Below are positions 48,774-59,352 of a DNA stretch of 64,000 nt, piece by piece (the first letter of the stretch is position 1; each line of letters starts with the position of its first letter). The notes beneath the pieces were generated by a model. It searched no databases and was not told the origin of the DNA. It saw only the letters and a program-made list of their open reading frames with translations. The position numbers and the translations under genes were made by a program. The DNA lies in the IMG/VR virus record IMGVR_UViG_3300017917_001123, positions 62,001 through 126,000 of that record, one strand, 5' to 3'.

Positions 48774-51700
48774 TTAGATAGTTAACTTGCCTGTGGTTAC
48801 AGCCCCAATGATTTCAATATCATTAACAGTAACACCGCTTATAAAAATTTCGTCTGTTTGGCTTGCGATTTCAAAAAGGTTTCCAAACGCACTTCCGTTC
48901 TTAGGAACAATAATAAAGTTTGTAATATCAGGTGTCATTACATTCATTACGTATGCCGATAGTTCACTAAAGTAGAAAGTGTCTCCAAAGTCCCAGTTTT
49001 CAATAGCAAAGAAATCGTTAATTGCCGCAAGGATTCTTGTTTTCAAATCATTGTCGCTTACAGAACGATTAGAGTTTTTGCTGGCTCTAAAGGTAGCTTG
49101 TAAATTAGCTGGAGCTTTTTCGCCAAACAATATTTTATATTTTGCTGGATGATAAACAATGCTATCACTTACACTCTTAATAGGATCTAGATACTGACTA
49201 TAGGTATCCTCAAGTTGACTTGTTGTAGGTGTAAGTGGAGCTGTTCCTCCATTAGCTAGATAGTATCTGTAATGTGTGTCATATGTTCCTGTTAGAATAT
49301 AAATGTCAATGATGTTGCTCTTAGCAGGATCAATTCTCTTCTCAGTTCCGCTGTTATGTAAGTAGTGGAACATCAAATTTGATCTACCTGATCTAGCAAA
49401 ATATTCGTTTGTTAAAACATATTGTTGTAAGTTGTCTGACCAATATTTGATAACATTGGCTGTATAAAAATAGAACAACTGTCCATCGATCGGTACTTCG
49501 TTGTTTGCCAAGAAATAATCCTGCGCTTCTGTTTCAGAAGGATATGCTGAAAACAAATTCTTATCGGCAATTTTATATCTTAGTCCGTCGCCTGTGCGTT
49601 GGAAATAAACAAAGTTTCCTAGATAGCCTGTTTGAATTGACGGCGAAGTTGAATCTGTAATCTTTTCAAAACTATCTGGGTCATCTAATTGTCCATCATT
49701 CTTAGCATCAAAGAAACTAACAAGAACTTTTTTAGGTTCTACGTAACCATCATTTTCTACAACACTACTATCAACTTGCCAGTTATAGTCGATGCCAAGC
49801 GCATTTGTTGTTGTAGAATTTGGAACTGTGTTAATTCCTAACACACTAATTTTATCTTTAATAATTGTGTTAGTTACATAGTCGAAGTTTGTTTTATAGT
49901 TGTCAACAAAGAAGCCGGTTTGTTGTTGACTTTCAAAGACATAGGTAGTTTCTCTATAGAAACAAGTGTAGCTCTTACCAGTCCATTGGAAAGCAATTTG
50001 CCAAGAGCCGTCAATGTTTAGATTGCTGGTATCGCCTTGGTATATTAGACCAAAATTAGATCCTAAGTCTAAATTAGTATCAACAATAATAAACCATTCG
50101 CGAGTCAATCTATCAAAACTTAAACCAAAGTTGCGTTTAGCAACCATTTGATTTACAATTTCATTTTCTAAAGCGTAACTCAGTGTTGTCTGATATGTTG
50201 GGATAACTTCAACAGCAACAGCACCTTCAGGAACGTAACCAGTTAAAATAACTGGACCGGTTCCGTCATACAACAAACCAAGTCCGCTATTTGCTCCGTC
50301 GCCGACAACTTTAGCAACTTTTGCCCAAATATAATCTCGGGTAGTTGCGTCTTTTACTGTTGTTAACTTTCCGTTAGGTAAGAAATATTGAGGAGCTGTT
50401 GTGTTTCCTGTTACCTTAGCAGGTGCTTGGAATTTAATTAATGCTCCCGCTTTAATGTATTGAGCATTATTGCTTGAAAAGTAACCTAACTGAATTGCGC
50501 CAACTTCTCCGGCGTTTCTAAAAATGTATCTAAAATATCCTCTTGTTTGATTAGAGTCTGCTTTAGCAAAAGACCAATCCATAGAAATGTTTGTAAGGTC
50601 TGGTCTAGGAAACTTATCTAAGTAGAAATTTCTAAAAGTCGAAGATTCAATTAATGGCTCCACTTGGTGTTTAAGCGCACCAAATGCTTCATTTCTAGTT
50701 GCAAAAGAAAAACTAAATTGTTTCTGGTGATCTTCTTTATATAGAATTCCGTCATGAGCAAAAATGTCAACTTGACTATATTTGCCTGTTACATCTGTTA
50801 AATCAAAGTATTTAGAAATACCAGAACTTTGTCTATTAACACTCTTAACTTTAAGAACGTCTGCCGCAATAGTTACAGGAGCAATGTTATAATCTTCCGC
50901 AGTAATCATTCTATTTTGAATGTAGTAATTCTGAGGAGCTTTTAATTTAATGCTTTCATCTGTCTCGCTAGGTGCGCTGTTGTTTACGTCATATTGAAGA
51001 CTTAGAGTGAAAGTTAGAATATGATTCTCCCCTGCCTTGTTAACATAAGGAATGCGAACAATGATGCCGTTCATGTCCTCAGGACTAATCACATAACTCA
51101 ATCCATTACTCTGACGATAGAACAGTCTAAATGCTCCTTTAGGTAAATCTCCAAAGTTACCATCGGCAAAGTTTAAATCAATCTGGTCATTAATTCGAGT
51201 TGTTATAGCATAAAACTTTCTATTGTCTTTGCTAATATTATTATAGATAGCGTTGTTACCAACTGTAGAGTCGACCTTGGTCCACTCAGATGTATAGTTT
51301 CCAAGACCGTCTAACTGCCATAACCAAACATCCGAGTTATTAATATCGCGGACATTGACTCCAACAATTTCATTAGCAACAGGTCTATCAACATTAAAAG
51401 TTGTGCTGTTTAACGTTCCTTGTTTAAACAGAACAAAGAAACCGGTACTGGCAGAGCCTGCGCCCTTATTATCATTTCTAAATACCATACCAAAGTCGGC
51501 ACCAGGTAATGGAGTTTCTTCTTTGATAGATTTAGATCCGTTTAATCCTGCGCTAACAAGTTCAAAGCCCATTGAAATACCTTTAACAGATTTGTTAAAA
51601 GCAAAGACCGGAACGTCTGTTGTTTGTGTTTTAATCTTATATTGATCTGTAGCGATTCCGTCAATAGTTTCGCTTGCGGCTGGCTGACCATAGATACTAT

Positions 51701-52196
51701 TATCAGCAAATGCGCTGTTAATAATTGTGATAAACTGTTGATACCAATTAATATTTGAAGGATCGTTCCAAGCAATAATTTGATTAGCTAAGTTAATGTT
51801 ATTGCTGTCAACAACGTTATCTGTTGTAGAAATTGCAGTAACTTTTAGGAAACCCTCTGCGGCTTGATTGCGTTTAGGATTGTAGCTGATTAGCTGTGCT
51901 AGTCGTAGAATACTATCGCGGCGTTCTGCGGTTTCTAAGAAGTTTTCTCTAGCATTTAAATCAATGCGGAAACTTAGGTTTTGACCTAAGTAAGCAATCA
52001 AGTCTACTAGAGCAATAAACTCCGAACTATCAATGTAATCATTAAACTCTTCGGGATAATTGTCACGAAGATATTGAATCATTACACGACGAAGCGTGTC
52101 AAAGTCGTAAGACTTAAAGTCAGCGTTTTTAAAAGATTGGTAAATTTTAGTCCAATCTTCTGTAACGAGTAGTTTAGTATTTGTTGATGGTATCAT
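48774..52196 (-). CDS. gp6: baseplate wedge subunit gp6-like
   Basis: DFDTLR..YL..F.DY..SS...LVDLIAY...ENFLETA.RRDSIL.LA..ISYNP; FADGNFG; ETDESIK..AP...QNRMITAEDY. Confidence 0.9.
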   Translation of the reverse strand: MIPSTNTKLLVTEDWTKIYQSFKNADFKSYDFDTLRRVMIQYLRDNYPEEFNDYIDSSEFIALVDLIAYLGQNLSFRIDLNARENFLETAERRDSILRLAQLISYNPKRNQAAEGFLKVTAISTTDNVVDSNNINLANQIIAWNDPSNINWYQQFITIINSAFADNSIYGQPAASETIDGIATDQYKIKTQTTDVPVFAFNKSVKGISMGFELVSAGLNGSKSIKEETPLPGADFGMVFRNDNKGAGSASTGFFVLFKQGTLNSTTFNVDRPVANEIVGVNVRDINNSDVWLWQLDGLGNYTSEWTKVDSTVGNNAIYNNISKDNRKFYAITTRINDQIDLNFADGNFGDLPKGAFRLFYRQSNGLSYVISPEDMNGIIVRIPYVNKAGENHILTFTLSLQYDVNNSAPSETDESIKLKAPQNYYIQNRMITAEDYNIAPVTIAADVLKVKSVNRQSSGISKYFDLTDVTGKYSQVDIFAHDGILYKEDHQKQFSFSFATRNEAFGALKHQVEPLIESSTFRNFYLDKFPRPDLTNISMDWSFAKADSNQTRGYFRYIFRNAGEVGAIQLGYFSSNNAQYIKAGALIKFQAPAKVTGNTTAPQYFLPNGKLTTVKDATTRDYIWAKVAKVVGDGANSGLGLLYDGTGPVILTGYVPEGAVAVEVIPTYQTTLSYALENEIVNQMVAKRNFGLSFDRLTREWFIIVDTNLDLGSNFGLIYQGDTSNLNIDGSWQIAFQWTGKSYTCFYRETTYVFESQQQTGFFVDNYKTNFDYVTNTIIKDKISVLGINTVPNSTTTNALGIDYNWQVDSSVVENDGYVEPKKVLVSFFDAKNDGQLDDPDSFEKITDSTSPSIQTGYLGNFVYFQRTGDGLRYKIADKNLFSAYPSETEAQDYFLANNEVPIDGQLFYFYTANVIKYWSDNLQQYVLTNEYFARSGRSNLMFHYLHNSGTEKRIDPAKSNIIDIYILTGTYDTHYRYYLANGGTAPLTPTTSQLEDTYSQYLDPIKSVSDSIVYHPAKYKILFGEKAPANLQATFRASKNSNRSVSDNDLKTRILAAINDFFAIENWDFGDTFYFSELSAYVMNVMTPDITNFIIVPKNGSAFGNLFEIASQTDEIFISGVTVNDIEIIGAVTTGKLTI

Positions 52197-52229
52197 AATA
52201 TGTTATGCCGCCTGCGATAACATATTTAT
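52197..52229 (-). promoter_or_regulatory. late promoter with RBS-enclosing hairpin (gp6)
   Basis: ATAAATA overlapping the left arm of a perfect 10-bp stem AATATGTTAT/ATAACATATT that ends at the ATG. Confidence 0.7.
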
Positions 52230-52250
52230 TGAAAAAATTATATTGGTATA

Positions 52251-52688
52251 TTATTGTACGCTTAAACCCGAGTCTTTATCGAAGATAAGACGCATAGTTT
52301 CTGACTGGTCTGTGCCAGTATAAGTTAGTGTAACTTCAAGCAAAAGACCGTATTCTGCCTCGGCAACTCTAATAACAGGATCGCTGATTCTAGGATCGGA
52401 TTCAATAATTCGTTTAATATCGGCGTCTACTGCCGTTCTAATTTCATCAGTAAAAGGTTCGTATAGAACATTCCAAATAATGCTACCAAACTCGGGCTTC
52501 ATTACACGCTCTCCCAGCCGTGTATTAAAGTGATTTAATAAATCCTGTTTAACAATGTCAAAATCGTAGACACTACTGTTACGATTTTCAGGATCAACTG
52601 TGCTAAATCCCTTATAAAACTGACTTGTTTGAAGTCTGTGTTGTTCAGAATATTGAGCAGGTTGTACAATAATGTTCTTATATGGCAT
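52251..52688 (-). CDS. gp25: baseplate wedge / sheath initiator gp25
   Basis: DLLNHFNTRLGERVMKPEFGSIIWNVLYEP...DPRI. Confidence 0.92.
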   Translation of the reverse strand: MPYKNIIVQPAQYSEQHRLQTSQFYKGFSTVDPENRNSSVYDFDIVKQDLLNHFNTRLGERVMKPEFGSIIWNVLYEPFTDEIRTAVDADIKRIIESDPRISDPVIRVAEAEYGLLLEVTLTYTGTDQSETMRLIFDKDSGLSVQ

Positions 52689-52693
52689 GACTA

Positions 52694-52699
52694 TATTTA
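52694..52699 (-). promoter_or_regulatory. late promoter (TAAATA)
   Basis: Overlaps the gp5 stop codon; 5 nt before the gp25 ATG. Confidence 0.6.
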
Positions 52700-54892
52700 C
52701 GATACAAACGTACCGCCCCCTTTCTTGTAATACGACAATGCGGCTTGGAATGATTTTTCATTCTGATCGTGAGTTGATCCAGGTAAGCTAGCCCAAATCT
52801 GTTTAACTTTATAAACTGCTTTAGTAAATTCGCCCTTCTTAACATTATCCAAGGCGCCGGCGCCTTTGATTAAATGAATTGCGGCTTTGTCTTGGCTAGC
52901 CGGTGAAAAGTCAGGCAGGTTAAGTGCTTTTTTACAGATATCCCACGTTGTAGAAAGGAACTGGTAAGCTCCAGTAGCGGTCGACGGAAGAACTCTAGTT
53001 TTTCCAGTCTTGTTGCTTGTAAACAATACTGTCATAACAAAGCGAGGATGATCTGCCCACTTATAGGCACGATTCGGCTGTCCGTCGTATTTCTGTGTGT
53101 AGGAATTAGTTGCTTTAAATGTAGGACTTTCAGGGTCAAATGTTGCGCCGGTGAACATTGTTTGATAGCCTTTGGGACCGCTTGTTCCTTCGCACACTCG
53201 GATTGTCCATAGGAACGCCGCAACGTTGTCTTCTTCAACATTGCCAGTAGGTACAGGAGGTACACCCGCAGTAGCTGGTTCTCTGTTATACGTTACAGAA
53301 GGATTCTTTCCAGGAAGACCTTTTCCTCTGTTATCAACTTCTAAGTCAGTATTTTCAAAATTGAATTGAGTCGGGTTAATATTTTCGTGCTGATCCCAAG
53401 GTTCGTGAGTAGGAACACGTTTCATAATACTAACAATATCTTCTGATTTAAAGAACTTTCCGTCAATCCAGCCATCAGCAGAAGAGCGGCCAGGTAAACT
53501 ATATAACGGTAACGGATCTGCCAAATCCGGCGGAAGTGGGGTATCTGCTACTAAAGCGTCGGGGGCAGGAGGACCATTTAAGTTTAAAACTCCCGTGCTA
53601 CTAAGAGTTAACGAGGTATCACCTTTTAGGCCGGCAGTTTTACTAGCGGCCATTTTTAAATCTGCCGCTCTAATACTAGTTGTTCCTACTGAATCGAGTT
53701 TAATTTCTTTTGATTTTAAATTAATAGCAGATGACGCAGATAATCTAAGCGCATCTGCTACAGTAATATCAAAATCATTTTCTGATTGAAGCGCAAAATT
53801 AGCCGACTTCCAATTTCCTGCGCCGCCAAATTGGAACGTGCCGTCTCTAGTTCCATTAAAAATTGTTTCACCGCCAACGTCCGCATGGAAATCATTTCCT
53901 GAGTTCATGTTAATTGAACGCCTTGCTTCAATATTAAAGTCTCGGCCAGCTCTAAGATTAAAGTCACCCTCAGAGTGAATACTTACAGAGTCTGCCGCAT
54001 AAACATCAATCTTGCCCTGTCCTGTTAATTCTATCCAAGCAGAGCCTGCGGCATTTGCGATGTAGATTAAGTCACTGCTGTTATGTAATAGAATTTGATG
54101 TCCGGTGCGTGTTCTAATTCTAAACAGTTCGTTCAATCCGTTTTTATCACCGTCGTCCATAACAAGCTGATGACCGCCAAGTCTGCTTACAAAGGCAAGT
54201 ACCTTGTTATTTTTATAACCAATTTGTCCTTTTGTAGCATTCTGAGTAGTGTCAACTGGACCGGGTGTGCTAATTCCAAAAACACCCGACGGATGCTCTC
54301 GACGTGCTGAACTAGAAGTTACTCCTCGAATGTCGTCAAGCAATAAACCTTGTTGTAATAATCTATCAGCAAAAGGATGGACAGGTTTAGTAAAATCGTT
54401 AACTACTGGCTTGCTAAGGTCTCTGTTCTTTTTTGAGAACTCAGCAACAGGTAGATATTTTGTTCCGTACTTTCTTTCTTGCTCAGGAGTAAGGGCAACA
54501 TTTTTAGATGCGGCAATACCTGGCACCATATGATTTTGATATCTATCAGGGACTACTCCGACCCAATACCCGTCGTTTCTGTTTCCTCCCATGAAGAAAC
54601 ACATAACCGTTGTCCCAATATCTGGCGGGACAAACCACATTCCGTAGGACTTTTGTACGTCGTTAAAACTTGCGCTATTATTACCTTCAAAGGAAATGCT
54701 AGTTGTTCCCCAAAACTGAGGAAGATATTTCACTGTAGCAGTATTGCCTTGCTCATCAGGAGAGCCGGTAGTTCCTTCGTAGAGAAGAACTTCAAGCCCT
54801 CCCATAAGGTCCGGGTCTAGGTTATTAACAACACGGCCTAGCCAAGGACCAGGATGTGGTAATAATATCGACTCTGTTGAATAATCTGCCAT
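52697..54892 (-). CDS. gp5: baseplate hub/central spike gp5-like with C-terminal lambda-type lysozyme
   Basis: OB fold (GRVV..DP..G...PPDIGTTVMCFF..G..YW), GHQ repeats, beta-helix; AFL.TI..CEGT..STATGAYQFLSTTW..DFSPASQD..WASLPG. Confidence 0.88.
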   Translation of the reverse strand: MADYSTESILLPHPGPWLGRVVNNLDPDLMGGLEVLLYEGTTGSPDEQGNTATVKYLPQFWGTTSISFEGNNSASFNDVQKSYGMWFVPPDIGTTVMCFFMGGNRNDGYWVGVVPDRYQNHMVPGIAASKNVALTPEQERKYGTKYLPVAEFSKKNRDLSKPVVNDFTKPVHPFADRLLQQGLLLDDIRGVTSSSARREHPSGVFGISTPGPVDTTQNATKGQIGYKNNKVLAFVSRLGGHQLVMDDGDKNGLNELFRIRTRTGHQILLHNSSDLIYIANAAGSAWIELTGQGKIDVYAADSVSIHSEGDFNLRAGRDFNIEARRSINMNSGNDFHADVGGETIFNGTRDGTFQFGGAGNWKSANFALQSENDFDITVADALRLSASSAINLKSKEIKLDSVGTTSIRAADLKMAASKTAGLKGDTSLTLSSTGVLNLNGPPAPDALVADTPLPPDLADPLPLYSLPGRSSADGWIDGKFFKSEDIVSIMKRVPTHEPWDQHENINPTQFNFENTDLEVDNRGKGLPGKNPSVTYNREPATAGVPPVPTGNVEEDNVAAFLWTIRVCEGTSGPKGYQTMFTGATFDPESPTFKATNSYTQKYDGQPNRAYKWADHPRFVMTVLFTSNKTGKTRVLPSTATGAYQFLSTTWDICKKALNLPDFSPASQDKAAIHLIKGAGALDNVKKGEFTKAVYKVKQIWASLPGSTHDQNEKSFQAALSYYKKGGGTFVS

Positions 54893-54895
54893 CTA

Positions 54896-57800
54896 TTAAA
54901 CCTTTGTCTGCATTAGTTTGTCAATTGGACTGTCTTTTCTTTGTGTTCCATACTGAGCGTAAGTTGTTTTTGATATTACATAGTACCCGCCGAAGCCCTG
55001 AACTTGAGCAGTTGTGTTTGCTAGACGAGATTCTACAGATCCCAATCCAGCTTGTGCGGGAGAAAGATTACTACTGCTTTCTAAATTTATGTTCATTGTA
55101 TTCAGTGTTTCTAACTTATCGAGTGTAGACTGAACAGTAAGTTGTCCGGTACCTGCGGCAAGCCCTGGAGACGGGGCGCCTTTGCTCCTGTTTAATAACG
55201 CAAGGAAACCTGCGATTCCTGGGAGGGCAAGGGCGCCTGGTAAATTTTTAATATCACCGCCAGATGCTAGAATCTTTTGAAGATCGCCTCCCGGAATATT
55301 AGCTAAAGGAGCAGTAGTTAGCGGCTGGAGTGCTGGAAGGTTTGGAATGCTTGCTCCGTAGACATGTTTCAAACTAATGCCAAGAGCTTTTAGTCCAGCA
55401 ATATCTGTATTTTCTGGAATCTTTTTAGATAACGAAACTAGCTGGGCAAGAATGTTGCTCTGCTGTTCTCCCGAAAGTCCGCTTAATTGAGCAGGATCAA
55501 TGCCAAGTTTATGTGCTAATGCTTTTGGATCAACAGGAGTACTGTTAGTAACTTCAGTAGATCTATTGCCGACGTTTGAAACTTTGTCATCAGCTGTTGT
55601 TATTCTAGAACTAATAATATTATTGTAATAGTTTTGATTTAATGTTCTTAAGTTGCCCGAATCTTGAACAAAGCTCGAAACAATACGACTTTGAGCAATA
55701 ACAGATGCTTGCTGACTTCCAGAATCGCCGACAGCAATATCGTTAAGGCCATTTGAATTAACTCTAATTCCAGAACTGTAAGGATTGTATCCGCCAACTG
55801 GATTTCCTAATCCCGGTGCGCCGCCTGGGTTGTCAAAGCCATTAATTAATGCCCGGCCTACTGCTACCAGTCCACCAACTTGCGCGGCAAAGTTTAAAGC
55901 AGTTTGAGCTTGTTGGAGGGCACCGTTAATTGGAGCAATAGCATTGTCAACTCGTTGAACCGTAGTTTGAAGTGCTCTATCAACACCACCGAGTGCTCCG
56001 CCGACTGCGTTTGAAAAGTTTGATAATAGTCCAGGAAGACCAACAGTCGGTAGTCCCCTACTGATTAAGTTTAGCAACGAAGCATCAGATGCTCTTGCTC
56101 CACGTTTGCTTACACTAGACGGTGCTGTATCTTTTGTTGTCTTTGTTCCTTCTTGAATACTCTTCTCAGGAGACGATGCTGTTTTAATAGACTTTGCTGT
56201 TACCTTTTGCCCAGGCATTCGAATGGCTGTAAATTTTTGTTCAAACTTACCTTCTCTAAAAGAATGGTAGACTTTATTGACCTGGTATATTCCGCTAAAA
56301 GGTAACAGGCCTTCTCCAAAATCTGCCCAGCCATCTCGTTTAATGTCTTTAGGATTTCTAAAATTAACATCAATAAAAACTGTACCACCGAGATATGCGG
56401 CTTGTCCGTCGACTGTTTGTCCTGGATTTTTTGGATCTACTTTTTCTTCTTGATTTCCAAAATTATTTGTAACAAGATAAAAAGGATCTCCTACAATGTC
56501 AAGATCAATAACGTGTAGATTGTTAGTATCTAACAATGTTTTATGAATAGCAAGACCTAATTGAAGATACGGTGATGTTTGCGAAGCTACTGCTGTGCCG
56601 CCTTCTGGACTACTTAAAGTCAATGACGGATCAACTTTCTTTGGTGTGCCGGGCTCATCTCTTTCTTTACTGTGTTTGCTTTCTGATTCTTTTAAGTTAT
56701 CTGTATTAGATGCTCCGGCGGCTTGAGTAGTGCCGTTAGAATCTTTATTACCTAGCTTATAGGGACGAGACTGTGTCCACAAATGATTGAATCTTAATTT
56801 AAAATTAAGTATGTCAACATTTTTTCCAGTATAATAATAGTTGTAGGATCTTCGAATTATGTCCTTAAGTCCGTCGACATCGTAAATTCCAGAAGCATAT
56901 CCTGGCAAAACACTATAATGAACTTTATAAGGACGTACTTTAAAGGTGTATGTATAATTTAAAGAACCAGTTTTTGAATTTGTGTCGGGTTTAATTTCGT
57001 CTATACTAACCGTAACTCTAAACCAGTTTACTAAGCCGTCCGGCGAAGACTTTGCTTTTTCAATATCGTCTAATACCTGTTTTGTGTAGGTGCTGTCCCT
57101 AACTACTGCTGTAATAATATCTGTAATCGATGCGCCTGCCGCAAAAGAAACTGTTTCCGATGTAGGGTCATACTCAACTTTAGAAAGGTCTTCTGCTGTC
57201 TTTGTTGCGTTTTTATCAGTTTTATCTTTTGGGCTTGGAAAGTTATAGACTTGATTTGAACGAAGTTCCTCGTTCATTTTACTACTAGCAATAGGACTTT
57301 TTTCTCCTACAACTTCTCCCTTCTCATCTAAAAATTGAATCTTATAGGAATTAAACTGTTTTGTTTCTTCCGAGCCAGTATCTTGTTTTCTAGATTGTTC
57401 AACTTGTTTTACAAGATTGTCAAGGACATCAAAAACTTTACTACCTCTCATCTTTATAGATGTTTGTAACTGACCGTCAGAACCTAAGCCAGTTGCGTTG
57501 AATGCGTTGGCGGCACACTTATAAACTGTACCTCTTTCTGTTGTTTCAAGGTGTATCTGATTGATGTTGATTGGAATAAAACGTGTTGTTCCTGGAATTA
57601 CTTCCGGAGCAGGCAAAGGATCAGAAGAGTTTTTAGTTTTCTTGTATCCAATAAACTCTACTTTTAGTACAAACGGTGCTGACATGTGATGATCATACCC
57701 AGCAGCCAAAGCATTTACTCTTAAGGATTCAATAAAGCCATTAATACTAAAGGGCTCAGTTACATCAAATCTTACAGATACAGGTTCAGAGCCGTTAAGG

Positions 57801-58207
57801 ACTCCCCAGTTACTGTTAATTTCTACGTTATCAATATAGAAATCAAATCTACCGTAACCTGTACTGTTAAATTCTTTCAATAACTCATTGGCTTCGTCGC
57901 CAGTCGGTCCGCTGGCAGGGGTGTTTTCATTTAGTTCAAACAAGGTAGCATCGGCTGTTTGAGTACCTTTGCCTTTTCCGCTAGATTTTAAAACTACGTA
58001 CTGAAGGTCATAGTTTGATTTATAAAGTAAAGATGAGTCATTATACTCAGTTCTTGACAGAACTGCTAATGTCCAGATGTAGTTGTAACTTCTATAATTG
58101 TGTAAAATATTATAGTTTTCAATGTCCAGATACTTTGGAGCATTCTCTCCAATATATATGTCATTGATTTGTTGTTCTTCAGATCTAATTGTAATTTCTT
58201 CTGCCAT
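54896..58207 (-). CDS. baseplate hub-like protein with low-complexity C-terminal extension
   Basis: Position between gp53 and gp5; IVGDP...SGIYQVNKVYHSF..GKFEQ hub-like motif; Gly/Ala/Ser-rich tail. Confidence 0.6.
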   Translation of the reverse strand: MAEEITIRSEEQQINDIYIGENAPKYLDIENYNILHNYRSYNYIWTLAVLSRTEYNDSSLLYKSNYDLQYVVLKSSGKGKGTQTADATLFELNENTPASGPTGDEANELLKEFNSTGYGRFDFYIDNVEINSNWGVLNGSEPVSVRFDVTEPFSINGFIESLRVNALAAGYDHHMSAPFVLKVEFIGYKKTKNSSDPLPAPEVIPGTTRFIPININQIHLETTERGTVYKCAANAFNATGLGSDGQLQTSIKMRGSKVFDVLDNLVKQVEQSRKQDTGSEETKQFNSYKIQFLDEKGEVVGEKSPIASSKMNEELRSNQVYNFPSPKDKTDKNATKTAEDLSKVEYDPTSETVSFAAGASITDIITAVVRDSTYTKQVLDDIEKAKSSPDGLVNWFRVTVSIDEIKPDTNSKTGSLNYTYTFKVRPYKVHYSVLPGYASGIYDVDGLKDIIRRSYNYYYTGKNVDILNFKLRFNHLWTQSRPYKLGNKDSNGTTQAAGASNTDNLKESESKHSKERDEPGTPKKVDPSLTLSSPEGGTAVASQTSPYLQLGLAIHKTLLDTNNLHVIDLDIVGDPFYLVTNNFGNQEEKVDPKNPGQTVDGQAAYLGGTVFIDVNFRNPKDIKRDGWADFGEGLLPFSGIYQVNKVYHSFREGKFEQKFTAIRMPGQKVTAKSIKTASSPEKSIQEGTKTTKDTAPSSVSKRGARASDASLLNLISRGLPTVGLPGLLSNFSNAVGGALGGVDRALQTTVQRVDNAIAPINGALQQAQTALNFAAQVGGLVAVGRALINGFDNPGGAPGLGNPVGGYNPYSSGIRVNSNGLNDIAVGDSGSQQASVIAQSRIVSSFVQDSGNLRTLNQNYYNNIISSRITTADDKVSNVGNRSTEVTNSTPVDPKALAHKLGIDPAQLSGLSGEQQSNILAQLVSLSKKIPENTDIAGLKALGISLKHVYGASIPNLPALQPLTTAPLANIPGGDLQKILASGGDIKNLPGALALPGIAGFLALLNRSKGAPSPGLAAGTGQLTVQSTLDKLETLNTMNINLESSSNLSPAQAGLGSVESRLANTTAQVQGFGGYYVISKTTYAQYGTQRKDSPIDKLMQTKV

Positions 58208-58208
58208 A

Positions 58209-58508
58209 TTACAATCCTAGTGCCTTTTTAACTGTAGTAGTCTGAGGAATAAAAATTCTTTGTCCCGGGATTAGATCGTAAATCGGATCTCTAAGAATGT
58301 CTTTATTTCTTGCCGCAAATACCCACCAAAGACCTGCGTCCTGATAAAGGTCGTATGCTAGTAAATCTGGTCGGTGTTTATACTGTGCGGTTACTTCCCA
58401 CTGAACATCATTAGGCAACGAAGGAATTTTTCTATAGTCGGCGACATCTAAAAATCCTCTAGTCTGACTTGTTGTGTAGAAAGGGCTAGTTCTAGAATAT
58501 GTTGCCAT
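58209..58508 (-). CDS. gp53: baseplate wedge gp53-like (LysM-like)
   Basis: RPDLLAYDLY.D..LWWVFA.RN. Confidence 0.88.
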   Translation of the reverse strand: MATYSRTSPFYTTSQTRGFLDVADYRKIPSLPNDVQWEVTAQYKHRPDLLAYDLYQDAGLWWVFAARNKDILRDPIYDLIPGQRIFIPQTTTVKKALGL

Positions 58509-59332
58509 TAGATATATCCTTTATCTGTATTTTTGCCTGATAAGAAATCATCAATGCTAAACTCTAACTGTTCTTTTCTACTATATTGAACAGCTAGATC
58601 TAGTGTTAATGTACAAAGAGTAGGAACAAAGGAGTTTCCGTAATCTTTAATACCTTGACCTACTTGAATGTAGTCAACTCCATCTGGGTATTCTAATTTC
58701 CAACTTTGAACAACAACCGGAACGTTCTGTAACATTGCGTTACCAAAAGCATGTAGTCTACAAACAGGCGGAGGTGCTCCGGCATTTTTATCTGAACCCC
58801 AACGCATTTTAGTCAGTGTTCTTAATAAATGCTGAACACCTAATATTAAAGATGCTTCGTATTCGTTCTGTGCTGTAAACTTTCCAGTAATTTGTATCGG
58901 GCCAACTGTGCTATTTTTAAAAGCATAAGATGCGTAGTTGCTGTGAGTAGGAGCTACCGTTTGATATACTGCCTGATTGCTAACAGTAATTGACGGAGTA
59001 TATGGAAATACAATTCCTTTAGTTCTTTGAAGAGGTCTAGTTGAGCCAGCGTTTGGGCCGCCACCTAGGCCAGTTAAGTATTCTGGAGGAACTTCTAAAC
59101 GAGCACGTAGATCTCTAGCAACTTTTCCTGCCCAAGAAATTTTAGGAGCGGCAGATGTTTTGCCTTTTGTTAGATCTTCGGCCTTGCCCTGTATTCTATC
59201 AGATGATGGTGATGGTGATTCGGGCGAGGTTGGCTTTAGTGGATTCGCATCGGTTTGGACTCCGTCGACTATATCGCCCTTTTCAGACGGAACGACTGAA
59301 GCAACTTTTTGAGAATCTGTAAGATTTGTCAT
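58508..59332 (-). CDS. tail tube initiator / baseplate cap (gp48/gp54-like)
   Basis: FPYTPSI, PPPVCRL, NVPVVV.SW, PT..TL.L; first gene of the late unit. Confidence 0.6.
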   Translation of the reverse strand: MTNLTDSQKVASVVPSEKGDIVDGVQTDANPLKPTSPESPSPSSDRIQGKAEDLTKGKTSAAPKISWAGKVARDLRARLEVPPEYLTGLGGGPNAGSTRPLQRTKGIVFPYTPSITVSNQAVYQTVAPTHSNYASYAFKNSTVGPIQITGKFTAQNEYEASLILGVQHLLRTLTKMRWGSDKNAGAPPPVCRLHAFGNAMLQNVPVVVQSWKLEYPDGVDYIQVGQGIKDYGNSFVPTLCTLTLDLAVQYSRKEQLEFSIDDFLSGKNTDKGYI

Positions 59333-59352
59333 TATTTTATTCCTCTATAGCT

